The notes below the pieces were generated by a model, which was not told the origin of the DNA, did not search any database, and saw only the letters and a list, made by a program, of their open reading frames with translations. A stretch of 64,000 nucleotides of DNA from Blasia pusilla (lineage: Eukaryota), in contig CM114271.1 of assembly GCA_050084515.1 (NCBI GenBank), positions 23,436,001 through 23,500,000 on the forward strand, in the 5' to 3' direction. Made by a program: the position numbers and the translations under genes. Of the stretch, positions 12,952 through 30,200 are shown one piece after another; positions within the stretch are counted from its first letter, which is position 1, and every line of letters starts with the position of its first letter.

Positions 12952-14262
12952 GTGCTCCCATTGTAGAACGAAGAGTGAATTAGAAGAAATCTTTCGTAGC
13001 TCTAGCCATGATAATTGTCTTGACTATCGTGCGCAAACACATCATTACATAATCTACATCGTTATTCATTATCGAGTGGGTATCTTCTTATCTATATACA
13101 CATAAAAAAATACTCACACATATATACCAAGAACATACAACAAAAATTGAAGTAAAAGTGGCTCACATACCCAACTCCAATCACAAATCTACATGTATTC
13201 ATAGAGCCTTATTCATCCTCCGTCATGATGGGATCCAAACTCTAACACTTAAGCGCCTATCGATCACCAACCTCGTCCAACTTCCTATGACGACGAAGAT
13301 ATGCTTCAACAAATAACAAACTCCCTACATCGCCAACACAATAGAACTATAGTGATTGACCAACTATGATATTATAGCTCTTTGAAGTCTCACACTATGT
13401 ATTGATCCAATCATGACAAATATGAAATCTCTTACAAATTCATTGCAGTAACTTAATTGCCTTACGAAGTGCCTATTATTATAATATGCATCCTCAAAAC
13501 ACACATCTTTTCATTTTGCGAGGATGTTCCCGTCTCCTACTCATCCCAACAACATTTGCTTTCGAAAAGATGGTCTTTGGGCTTCGAGGAGGGCCATGCT
13601 ACTTATGGCATAATATCATCAATATAGGGATTTCAGTTTTCTTCAAAATAACATCATGGGAAGTGTGAAATTAATATAGGCATACCTGTAAAGTGCAGTG
13701 TACAATATCATTTTCAATCTCAACATATCCATATCTAAGAACTAAAAAAAAATATGAATTATCATTATATTATAGAATATTTTATTTCATAAGATTTCAT
13801 AACCCGGGAAGAAAGAGAAATTATGTTTTCAAAAGCACGTTCTTTGGGTGTCAGCGGCCAGAACACACAAATCAAAAGCATTTCAAATTGATAAGAAATT
13901 CCACTAGTCACCCTTCAACGCTTTTAATCAGAAGCTCACCGCTGACTACTAAACGAGAATTTGTGCGGATGCCCCATTGACTCTTCAAAATGACAAAAGA
14001 ACCTCATTCCAGCAAGTGAACCGGACGCTCATCATGGCTCAACAGCCAGGATCCCGCAGTTGACAAGATCCAAATCGCACCAGGTACAGATGATGGCAAC
14101 TCTAGTTAACTTGATTCATGACAGAAGAACTAGACTTGTTCCCAAAGTCGAAGGTATCCTTTGGAGCAACAATCAACATGAATTTACATGATCCCCGGTT
14201 TAGCCAAACTATACCTCTAACATGATGAGAGTACAACAACCCAGATCGTGATTGAAGAGGAG

Positions 14263-19357
<5,095 letters not shown>

Positions 19358-19991
19358 GATTGCTAATTACTCCTTCTTCCGTTCCTCTGAACCTGTTATT
19401 CGTACGCAATTTCGAAATATCAATTATGCGAGAGAATGAGCGGCCTCAGAATTGGACGTGAAGCGTTGAAGTTCAAGGTTGTCGAGTTGTTCCAGCGATG
19501 GTAGCACGCATGCACGGAGAGTTGGCAGGATCAAAGGGAGGGGAATGGAGAGAGCTGACGGGAGCGAAGAACGCTGGAGTCTTGTGAGCTACGGCGCTAC
19601 GGCTGCGGGAGAGAATCTCATCTTTCTAGAAGCTCCAGTTTTACCGACGCTCCTCCGTGGACTTGCGCACGATCAAGCCCGTCACTCCCGGGTCTCCTCT
19701 GTCCCGCCGAGAGTTCGGACATCCCTGGCGGGAGGGGAAATGTTATTTTATTTAACATTAATATTACTCGAAAATAAATAATATAATTTATATTATTACG
19801 TGATAGTGTTTTTAATTTGCAAACACTTTTGTGATTGATACGTGACAAATAGAGTGACAATGAACAGTATAAGAAAAGTATTTAAAAAATTTAACTGTAT
19901 GTAATATCATTAGTCCTTCCACCTAAGATGAAGGATTCCCAAGACTTTTTTTTCTTAATAATATAGATTTTTTATTATTATTATTATAAAA

Positions 19992-20173
19992 TCTATATTA
20001 TTATGAGAGAGTGTCCTTTTATTTGTCAACACTTTATGTTTTACGTATGACAATTGGACAGAAAAAAAATTTGAATTTATGTATAACATCATTAATCTTT
20101 TCCCTTCACGAGCAACACATTAGCTCTTCAAACACTTTTTTATTCCCCGTGCATCGCACAAGCACTTTACTAA
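19992..20173 (+). mobile_element. Non-autonomous mini-Helitron
   Basis: A|TCTATATTATT start, subterminal CCCGTGCATCGCAC hairpin and CTAA|T end. Homologous to 26835-27205. Confidence 0.6.
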
Positions 20174-21347
20174 TTTATTTATTTTTGCAAGCATCTTTCT
20201 ATTTCTAAAAAAGAAAATATTTTTTATTTTACAGGAAAAAATAAGATTTTTTATAAAATATGATTAGTCCATAGGCAAAGATTGCACACTAGTTTATTTA
20301 TTTATTACCTTCCCTATTATATGTCCCACATAAATCTTTGCACTTTGCAATATGGCAGTGGTGTCATCCACTTGGGGTCATTTATATTAGAATGGGAGGA
20401 AAGGAGGTTATTTTCTTGAATACTTTCATTCCAAAAGTTTTTTTTAATAATAATATTATATTTTTAAGTTCATATTGAATTTTATATATACATGGATGTT
20501 TATTTTTTCTAGCATTCATATAAATTTTTAGTGATATTGGAGCTTCAACACCCGTTGATATCTTATGGTTAGAGGATGTTAGGACACCACAAGATATGGT
20601 AGAGAAGTGTAGCAATATTTAGATGGAACTAGGATCTTATTTAATGACGTTATAAAGTGGAAAATATGGAAGGTACATATGCATGCTAGTGCATCGCACG
20701 AGGAACTCTCACTCTTATGGATCTACCCTATCTCGTTGGGAGAGGAAATTTTATGTGATTAATATTATATTAAAATAATACATTTAATGTATTTAAAGTA
20801 TTTAATTTTTACCTCACCTATGATAAAACCCACATCAATCTTTGCCCATTCTAAAATAAAGTCATTTTGATTGTGGTGCCATCCACTTTTTGAGTCATCT
20901 ATATTATTCATGGAGAATAACTTCAAATGTCTCTTTGATTGGCAAGAAAATATGTTGGCAATTGCAGGAGAATACTTTCTTGATATACAACCAGACCAGA
21001 AAATCTTATGGAATTTTTTCCCACAAGAAAAACAAGAAATAGTTTTTTTAGATGTTAAATCATGATGGGTTCCATTCATAATATAAGCTACACATTTCGT
21101 TTTTTTTTAAAACAATACCGGTAAACTAAGAGCATCTAAAGTCAGGATTGAGGTTATAGAGCCCGTGCGATAATTTATTGCTCTAGTGGAAGTCTGGAGA
21201 CCTGAAAAAGGCCTACAAACTCCCTCTTTTTTATGTTTTTTAATCAAATTTTCCATGTTGCACTAAGTTACTTACGGAAGTATGCATACACTCTAGGAAC
21301 ACTTCAGGGTAAACACCCATCCAAATAACTCCAACAATAAAAGGTAC

Positions 21348-21452
21348 AAGATTGTTCAGCAAGCCATGAAAATAGTCATGGAACATATATACGAACCTAG
21401 ATTCCTGGACACCTCCCACGGGTTCTGTCCCGGAAGAGGGTGTCACTCGCTA
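21348..21452 (+). pseudogene. Fragment of organellar group II intron maturase/RT (likely NUMT)
   Basis: Translates KIVQQAMKIVMEHIYEPRFLDTSHGFCPGRGCHSL, matching the group II RT segment DKIVQ..LE.IYEP.F...SHGFRPGR.CH.A. Confidence 0.85.
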
Positions 21453-21453
21453 A

Positions 21454-21527
21454 TGGGGTATCTAATCCCATTTGCTGCCCTAGCTTTCGTCTCTCAGTGT
21501 CAGTGTCGGCCCAGCAGAGTGCTTTCG
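21454..21527 (-). pseudogene. Plastid 16S rRNA fragment (NUPT)
   Basis: TGGGGTATCTAATCCCATTTGCTGCCCTAGCTTTCGTCTCTCAGTGTCAGTGTCGGCCCAGCAGAGTGCTTTCG is the reverse complement of a chloroplast-type 16S segment. Confidence 0.9.
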
Positions 21528-22821
21528 ACCTTAATTTCTTGATTTATGGATTCGTCATATATGCATATATAATGATTATAATTTCCTCTTACCTGTTTTT
21601 TGTCTCGGATCTTACGTCTCATGATGTAGGAGAAGTTAATTTTAGGAGAAAAATTATTCCACTCTTACATACACTTTTTTTTATTCCTATTCTTATTAAA
21701 TAATATTTTGAGTATTTTTTGGCATTCCCCACTCCGGAATTTCTTGAATTTATTTGGATAAGTAATTATCTATATTAGAATGATATAATCATAGGGTCAA
21801 TAGTTTGGTTGGCATGGAAACTCTAATAGTATCAAAATATTCTCAATTTAAGTCTCATATATTGGATTTGAATATTTAAGTATTATGCATCACACATGCA
21901 TTTGAGTATCAATATTATTACGACAAAAACTACGAGATGAACAAAAATTATAATATCTATCCGTTAATTGGATGATGGATTTTATTTTTGGGTCTGTTTG
22001 ACACGTGTCACTAGATGTCTCTCAAAAATAATTCTGGTCACATTAATTGGGGGTCATACATGAAGATTGGTATGGAGCTCCTAGAAAGATAAAAGTGCTA
22101 TCTTGGGAATTTGGAAGTAGATAGCACAATGATCGAATGAGATTTTCTTTTCAAAATAATGGGGAAGGGATTTTTGTCCGATCACGCATTGTACATGCAT
22201 ACAAACTAACGTTTTGGTATAATAAGACCACATTGTCATTAATTTTCCCAACATCACTATAACTTATTTGTTAACCATGCATCACTTACCATTATATGAC
22301 ATGGAATTGTAAGGTTTATGCTAGCTATATGGAACATTTCCCCTCGAATGCAAACAAGAAGAAAATTAGAAAGAGAGTAGAAAAATCTAGATTCTAGAGA
22401 GAATCTAACAATACAAAAATAGATACTTGAGATGATAGTGATGGAAAAAAGAAATGATAAATTATTGCAAGAAGAAAATGGATGGATATGTTTTGCAATC
22501 ACAACTGAAAATTTCCAAAGATGAAAAAAAAAATAGGGAATGAAAAAAAGGAACCTATGCGTTTTCTCAATAGATTGTTCTACATCTTCTAATATCAATG
22601 TTGTTAAAAGTTTAGGTTTTCTTTTTTTAACAACTTTTGGTACCAAATTTAAATTATTGTAATCACATGCTCCCATGTTGAAATGATTAAAAAATAATTA
22701 GGGAGAAGTGATTGAAGATCATAAAATATTGGTCTTGAAGTTGCTCCCTAGTAATCATATTAATATCACTAAAAATTTATATACTTATCAAATGTGTCCA
22801 TGTCGATGGACGGAATTGGAT

Positions 22822-22863
22822 GTGGGGCCATTGGATGGACTTCCGTCCATCCAATGGCCCCAC
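22822..22863. repeat. Perfect 19-bp inverted repeat with 4-nt loop
   Basis: GTGGGGCCATTGGATGGAC-TTCC-GTCCATCCAATGGCCCCAC. Confidence 0.9.
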
Positions 22864-23143
22864 TTGCCTCAATATTATACACTTCTCATTTCTTCCTCTT
22901 TCCACCTCTACTTCCTCCTCCTTTTTTGGATTGCACTAGCATAAGATAATAGTAGTATGATTTTTGAAAAATATTTTGCTGTATGCAAATATACGGCAGC
23001 TTGAAAAGTAGCATATTATTTGCAAATATATGGCAGCAAAGAAGACTCTTTAAAATTCGAAGGGGAGCATTTGGTAAAACGATTTAAGTCGGTCCAAAGG
23101 AACGACACGAGTAGTCGTACCAACTGCTTCAAGAGTCAGCACA

Positions 23144-23225
23144 TGTCAGAAGTGGGATTTGAACCCACGCCTCTCACGAGACCCGAACTTGAGTCGGGCG
23201 CCTTAGACCACTCGGCCATCCTGAC
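23144..23225 (-). tRNA. trnL-CAA: tRNA-Leu(CAA)
   Basis: GTCAGGATGGCCGAGTGGTCTAAGGCGCCCGACTCAAGTTCGGGTCTCGTGAGAGGCGTGGGTTCAAATCCCACTTCTGACA; 82-nt cloverleaf, long variable arm, CAA anticodon. Confidence 0.97.
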
Positions 23226-23262
23226 TTCGTGACACCTATCCCGTTCTTTTTCTATTGAGTAA

Positions 23263-23312
23263 ATTTGAAACTCAAGTCCGGGGCTCCGCGCACCACTCGG
23301 TCTCATCCTGAC
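23263..23312 (-). pseudogene. Degenerate partial tRNA-Leu copy between the two intact genes
   Basis: Minus strand GTCAGGATGAGACCGAGTGGTG...GACTTGAGTTTCAAAT keeps the 5' acceptor/D-arm start and a T-loop remnant. Confidence 0.55.
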
Positions 23313-23377
23313 CGATGCGAAATAGGCTACACTCTTCTCCTTGCCCAAACCCAAAAGGGGGATACGCAGTTCTGACT

Positions 23378-23459
23378 TGTCAGAAGTGGGATTTGAACCC
23401 ACGCCTCTCACGAGACCCGAACTTGAGTCGGGCGCCTTAGACCACTCGGCCATCCTGAC
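23378..23459 (-). tRNA. trnL-CAA: tRNA-Leu(CAA), identical second copy
   Basis: 82 nt identical to 23144-23225. Confidence 0.97.
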
Positions 23460-23953
23460 TTGACGAACCCCATTTGGAAGAAGAGATAATTACATAAGCT
23501 ACTAGTGCGTTGATAATTCGGGTGGATCTATCACCCGTATCTATTTTGGGCTAATTTTTTTAGTCGGGCCGTACTAGTCGGAGCAGACCGATTTTCATAT
23601 GTTCTCACGGTGTCCAACCCATCCACAATGTCAAGATGAGAAGGGAACCAGAACCCCCATGCATACAGTACATGGTGAAGAGGTGAAGGTGTAAGGGGTT
23701 CAGGACGTGAGAGGTTCAAAGGGTCGGTAAGGACGCTGAAATAAGTTGAGTGAGCTTTATTCCCAGTCATGGATATATTACATTGGTTTTCAGATGAGCT
23801 CCGACCTAGACGAAGACATCGGCACTTCGTAAAGTCATCTCCATGAAAATCATGGAGCCCTGTTCGTTCCCGTCGTCTCTGAGCCTGTGCTGAGCTGAAC
23901 AATCCTGTCTTCTTGGGTCTATGAGCACTGGAGGAGAGAGTCATGGCCTGAAA

Positions 23954-26025
23954 CTACCGCGCAGTGTAGAGGGGCACTGCTGTTGGAGTAGGTTGAGTTT
24001 TTCTCGTGTACTTCAACAACATAGCCTCGACAGACTGGCCCGGTACTTTCAAATCCCTACAAACATTGGATAGAAGAAGTTAGGGAACGCACATCAGAAA
24101 CCTAAAACAAAACCCTATCCAGAATTCGACTTCGTTTATGAGTATTGCGTGCTCATTTCTACTTTGACTTCAATTCAGCTTGTGCTCATTCACTCACGGT
24201 CAAAACAGAAAACTCAAATTGACCACGAGCAATGGACAAAGGAGTAGTATCTAGAGAAGGAGCGCTGTTGGATGACAAGCAGGGCTTTTTGTTTTGAAGA
24301 TAGACTGGACACTGACTAACTCACCTCAAATAGGGCATCAAGTCCTCCAACTCCCACTTGGGTCTTCTCTTGAAGAGAAGTGAGAAGCGTGCATCCGGCG
24401 TCATTGGTAATAAAGAGCAACTGTAAAGATGGAGCCAGGAGTCGATCCCGATTTTGTCCACGAGAGCTTCTCCCTTGAGCATATCCAGATGTGGATGCAT
24501 CCCCGTAGGTACCAAGTTCGACCATTCTTCCAGAAACTCTTCCAACTTCCATTTAGCTCGGGCTGCCAATAACCGCTTACCGAAGTGCAGGCATACTTTA
24601 TTCTCATCTAGCGTCCATGTTTGAGAAACGTCTCCTTCTGCGAAGACGAGATTCCCAACAAAGAATTCTCAAGGTGACAGCATGCACCAACACAGCAAGA
24701 CAAAATGTTGAGGCTGGTCACACTGCATCAACCAAAGCTACGCTAACTCCTGATTACCATCCCCAAATCTATTGAGGACTGAAATATGTGAGGGTCTAAT
24801 CCTCAGCCGGGGACGAAATACAATGAAATTGAGGGCTGCATCAGAAAAAAAAAAAAAAGGCGCCTGATAATCAGTTACTAACCTGAGATATTTTGGGCTG
24901 TTGTCTCCTGGCTGTGCTGAGAGTTTGTTCTAAAACCATAAGTTTCAAGGCAATGGATAATTAATCGGGGAGAGAAATTGTCGGCTGCGAGGACCCTCAC
25001 TACTTCTGAGCCTACCAAGGCGTCCAGAGGCCAGTCGTACTGTATAGCAGTCAGAAGAAGGATTTCCAGCAAGCTGTGCATGAATGCACTGTCAAGAACT
25101 CGCCAATAACCCCCGATCTCCACAGCTTCGAGGCTTTTCAGACCAGCTCTTAGTTGAAGCTCACTGGCCTGCACGGTACGTAGAAGATTGTCCCACGTAT
25201 ACAATCCTTCCTCGCCACACATATCTTCTGCTTCACCATCCAAATCTTCCTGCAAGGGCCGCCGACTCAGAAGATCCTTCAATACCTCCAACTTTGGCGA
25301 AGTCTCCACGAGTTCGATATGCCCAGAAGCCGTGGCCACAACACCGATCTCAGACCTCTTCCCTGTGGTTTCGGATTCGTCTTTAGAATCATGATCGGCC
25401 ACATTATGTGAAAAATACGGTGACTCGGATGGGGGAATCAGTAGAACCGTGTTCGAAGTGGAAACAAACTTCATGGCGTAAGTGGCAGTTGATGTGCAAA
25501 TGACAGCCTCCTCGTTAGGACCCCCTTTGACGCTCAGCCTGGAAATACAACACACGGTGTTTGAGAGAAGTTCTCAATTTATGGGACTCGCACGAAACCT
25601 TGCACGACAGGACACCTACTTTACGAAGATCGCAATGCTCACTAAGTACAAAGGAACGATGCATCGTAAAAAATTGCGTATGATTTGCAAGTTGAGTGCG
25701 AAGACATGAGTGGGATTCAAGCAAGCCGAGATCCTAGTAGACGACCTTCTGCCTACGATTTCATCAGACGTTAACTCCTGGTGCTGAAGTGCCAATGCAG
25801 CCAAGAAGCAAAGAGACTGTCTCTGTGATATCAATCGCAAAAGAGTGCAGAGTCAGACAGTCGCAAAATTTGCCACAGTGCTGGGAATCCATACCCGTTT
25901 TCCAGCATCTCTTTCAGCATTCCTTCGTCCACTTCTAGCAGCTTGTAAGGCTCCTCGGCTGTGAAGTTCTTGGCATACCTAATGTTTACCTCAGAATCAA
26001 TGAGCAAATTCAAAGCAGACAACAT
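23954..26025 (-). CDS. DCC1: Sister chromatid cohesion protein DCC1 (Ctf18-RFC subunit), 4 exons, ~400 aa
   Basis: GT-AG exons 26025-25895, 25538-24883, 24637-24325 and 24056-23954 join in frame (1203 nt). Motifs KGGPNEEAVICTSTATYAMKFVSTSNTVLL, VQASELQL..GL..LEAVEIGGYWR and LP..P.ARF.LLF..RPKW. The start codon is the least certain part. Confidence 0.9.
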
Positions 26026-26834
26026 CCTTCCTGACAAAGCCCGGTGTCCGGCAGTAGTCAGCCCTCCGAATGCACCAGCTCACTTTCTGCTGAACAAATC
26101 GATCCTCTCCAAGAAAAAAAGATAGAAATGAGGCCCCTGCTCCAATTGAACTGGCTGTCTTTCACATCCTGCATCAAAGTGTTGTGTATCCGAGTTGGCT
26201 ATTCTGATCACTCCGATTTATGTCAACTCAAAGTGAATTGATTTTTTTTAAGTGGAGCGTCCGCTCTTTCCCGCCACTTTTTTGCCTTTTATCTCCGTTT
26301 GCATCACGGGACGAATCATGGGCCCAAACCGACCTCGGGCTCCACAGTTGTCAACTTCTCTCCAACCGCTTTCAATCAATTCCCTGCATGAGAAGCAAAA
26401 GGTGAAGGAATACTTGTGCTTCGACAGTACCCTGAGATCCAACTCCAAGAAACTTTCCCCAAGATATTCTCCAAAGTACGAGATTCAGCCGATCCTCTCC
26501 TTTCCGATGCACTGATGTATCGCACTTGGCCTCTACAACTTCAACACGACGATTCAGCAACGCACGCGGTAAAATTGCCCTCTCTTTTCTCCCCAATTCG
26601 CATGCGGAGCTTTCGCTACGCACCAACTGTTCTCTTAAACTTACTCGAGATTCCAGTGCTTCGTCTCGTGCAGCTTTATCGGGATAAACACACACAATCC
26701 AGGAATTCGAAGTTTAAGTGCCACATAGCACTAGTAATTTTCATTTTATTAGAGAAAATGGAATCTCTCGTGGTTTAAAAAAAACCCCTTTTAAGAAATC
26801 CATAATAGGGGATAATTTATATTATTTTATAATA

Positions 26835-27205
26835 TTATATTATTATGGGAGAGTATTTTTTTATTTGGGAACAATTTTATGTTTGACATGTTGACAACTC
26901 GGGCAACAAGAAAAAAGTTTGAATTTGTAATGCTGGTAACGAGGATCAAGCTGCCCAGATCTTGAAGAATCCTTATGTGTGTCGGTCATGCGATCCAAGC
27001 AAACCGACCAAAGTTGGCCGAACGTGACTCTGGCCACTACAAAGGGCTTAGATATCTATGCACATTCGTTTTAGTATAATACTAGGGTACAGCACGGGAA
27101 TTTGTGTGCAACATCATTAATCTCTTCCCTTCAATGGTTATACACTAATAAAAATTCTTCTAACACTTTTTTTTATTTCCCGTGCATAAAAGGGGCCCTT
27201 ACTAG
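26835..27205 (+). mobile_element. Mini-Helitron (same family as 19992-20173) with a ~170 bp insertion
   Basis: Shares TTATATTATTATG.GAGAGT, AACATCATTAATCT, CCCGTGCAT and a CTAG|T end. The insert 26929-27097 is flanked by the direct repeat GAATTTGT. Confidence 0.6.
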
Positions 27206-30200
27206 TAATATTTATAATACTAGTGCATTGTTCATACTCCCAAAGGGCTATGGAAAATCAAAAAGAGATTTTCTTCTACTATGCCATGAATTTACTTTGC
27301 CCCAATTGGAGGATGGTTAACATGCAAGTGTTTGCAAATCAAGAAATGGGGCTCCCACTAGTATAAGAATAAAATGAACTCTCATCGCCGATCTACACCG
27401 AAACACACTCACGTTAGTTTGGTCTTGGTCAATCAGCCTTCCAACCCACCGAGCTATCAACTCGGCACCTCATAAAGCTCAACCTTCCCTCAGTCCTAGC
27501 TTCCCAACACGGGCAAGTCTTTTGAGACTTGGGACAAACTTTTTGGTTAGTTCAAGCATCTCAAACGGAATTTGCACGCCTAGCGATCCTAACTATCCAA
27601 TGGACCTCACATGAGCCCCAAACCAAGATCCAAGAGTATGAGTTGCGGTTTGGAATCCAATAGGGACCTCTAAAATCCACCGTATTGGACTTGGTTCGGG
27701 TTTCGAATTCCAACGCCTAACTCTCAATCCATTCCGTGCCCTTGAGTCGCCTTGTAGCGCCCCAAAGTGGAGTTCAAGCCCCAAGCACCCTTGGAGACCT
27801 TCCCCATTACTAGTACTTATGGGGATCTCCGCCCTCCTCCTACCTTTGGGGAAGAGACATTCGGACCCCTCTTTTTGGCCCTCAACCCGACTCCCTATTC
27901 AATTGTTTTCGGCTAAAATCTCATCCTCTGCTTATTCATTTTTTGAGATCTTTGGTGTGTTGGAATCCCCTTTGCATAAGCTTTCTAACACTACTTACTT
28001 TTCTCAAATGCATCTCTAGAAACAAATTTATGGTCCAAAATATAGTCAAAAACTCCAAACGCTAGTCACGTTTCAAATCCAGTTCTCCCCTTTTGGCCAC
28101 ATCTCATCCTAGACTCGACTCCTCTCAAGTCTGGATTTAAGTTTTGTTCTGGTTTCCTTAGTTGCAACCAAGAACGCATGAAACACTCAAAATGCTAGCC
28201 TCGCTCGTGTCTCACACTTGTGTTTCCTAACTAGCGTGAGCCCAGTAGAGTTTGGATGTTCCGCTTGCCCCTCTTTTGGTTATGAGGGTCGCGACATTAG
28301 GGGTGGTTTCTCAATCTCTACTCAAGTGTTTGTTTGGATCTTTAGTGCATTAGAATCATCTTCTCATAAGCTTTCCCATGTCATCTTTTTCATCCCAAAC
28401 GCATTTTGGATCTAGCCATTATGACCTCAAACATGGAGAACCCCCAAACAACTAGTCAATTTCCAATTAAGTTAGGTTGCAATCCCCTTGGCGCCCAAGT
28501 CTTATGGGACTGGAGCTCCTCTCAAGTCCTACTTGACATTTGGTCTTGTTCTAGACCATCATCACTTGAGATGCTCAACAAGGCTCCCATCTCACTTGTA
28601 CAATTCATTTCTCATTCGAGAGACTCTGACGCACTTCCATCCTAGTGTGAGCCCACTAAAGTTGTGACTTTCTGCATCGACACATATTTTGCTCTGAGGG
28701 TAGCAATAACAAGGGATGGAAATGAGAAATAAGACCAATTTGCATGGAGTGAGAAGAATTTTTTTTATTCTTCTATATTTATGATATGCCTAACAACTAT
28801 GAATTATGATGTATGTGAAGTCTTTGGGTATATGCAAGAAGCTAATAGTAATGCAAATAGATTTTTGGTTGAATTTTGTAACAGTGAAAATCTAACTTCA
28901 AATTCCCATATTTGAAAAGTTAAATTTTCGTATCCTTCTCTTAAATTTTTTTTGATAAACTCATGAAACGTTATAAATAAAATCACAAGCATAGATCGCA
29001 TGTTCGATGCAATGCGCATCTGGTGCGGGCTCAATGTGGGCCATGCAAGCATGATGCAAGCTAGAAAATGGGTGTCAAGAACCGATGGCGGGTTGATGGG
29101 TTGGCCAAGCCAGGGTTGAAGTTGTGGGAGCAATGGGCGGTGGGAACCTGAGCCTCCATGGACAAGTCTCTCATAGGGATGGATACGGAAATGTTCATCC
29201 ATACGAACAAAGTATGTGTCCAACCTTGTTGAGAAAGCCTTATTAGAAAAGGGCTACATGCTTTCTAGATTAGATTAACATTGGGGCTTGCTTTGCCCAA
29301 AATAACACCTGAGTTTGAAATACTTGTTTCCGTCATTTTAATCATGGCCATAGCAAGCAAAAATATTTCTTTGATCCACGTACTTAGTTGTTTCTATATG
29401 TTGGAGGGTTTGTTTTTGTGATGGAAAGAGTGTTTAAGGCTAAAGTTTTTGTTTCTTCTTCCTCTTTCTTCAAAAATAATTATGGTGTTTAGTAATAGTC
29501 ATGAAGTGTTTTATGGGTTATGATATCATAACCTATAAAGGTTATGATATCACAAGGGGAATTTACAGCAAGGATTTGGTTTCCAAACTCGCAAATGACT
29601 CCTTGTGAGTTATGACATTAGTAAACTACTCGTAAATTGTGAGTCTTGTGAAACTCTAATGCGAGTCCCCATACTCACAAACCTATGGCTTATTCAGTTC
29701 AAAGGGTGGCAATTCTTGGGCTGAGCCTCACTAGATCCAACATTCCTTCCATTTCCCTTCAACTCCAAGTACTTCCTTCATAAGTCAATCTAGTGGCTAT
29801 GTGGTAAAGTCTTCAAGCCATGGAGCCAATGTCCATTCCTCTCGAGAACATAACTACTTCTTAATTTATTTGGTGAGAAGGAGATATATGACATAAATGA
29901 AAGTAGATAAAAAATCCATCGGAAAAACAAGGTGGGGGGACTCAGAGAGTTGGGGGAATACTAACGCCACAACCAGCCAAGGGCAAATTAAAAGGGTGGA
30001 ACTCCTAATTAAATGTTTTCCTCATCAATCGCTAAACAAACAAAGACTACCAACAAGGGGAACTCTAGCAATAGCGTCCCTCACAACTTTAGGCTGCCTT
30101 TATTTAGAGCGGTTATGATCTCTCGTTGCCAAACATCATATATTTTGTCATTCTATTTTCTTCCTTTATCAATCATATTAGGTTTTTTTAATATCAAGAT

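Noticed and set aside
20765-21079. Possible hAT dimerisation-domain relic
   Set aside because: Similarity is too weak to support by eye.
23020-23453. ORFs 23136-23453 and 23020-23232
   Set aside because: They overlap the tRNA genes; the repeated peptide just reflects the tRNA duplication.
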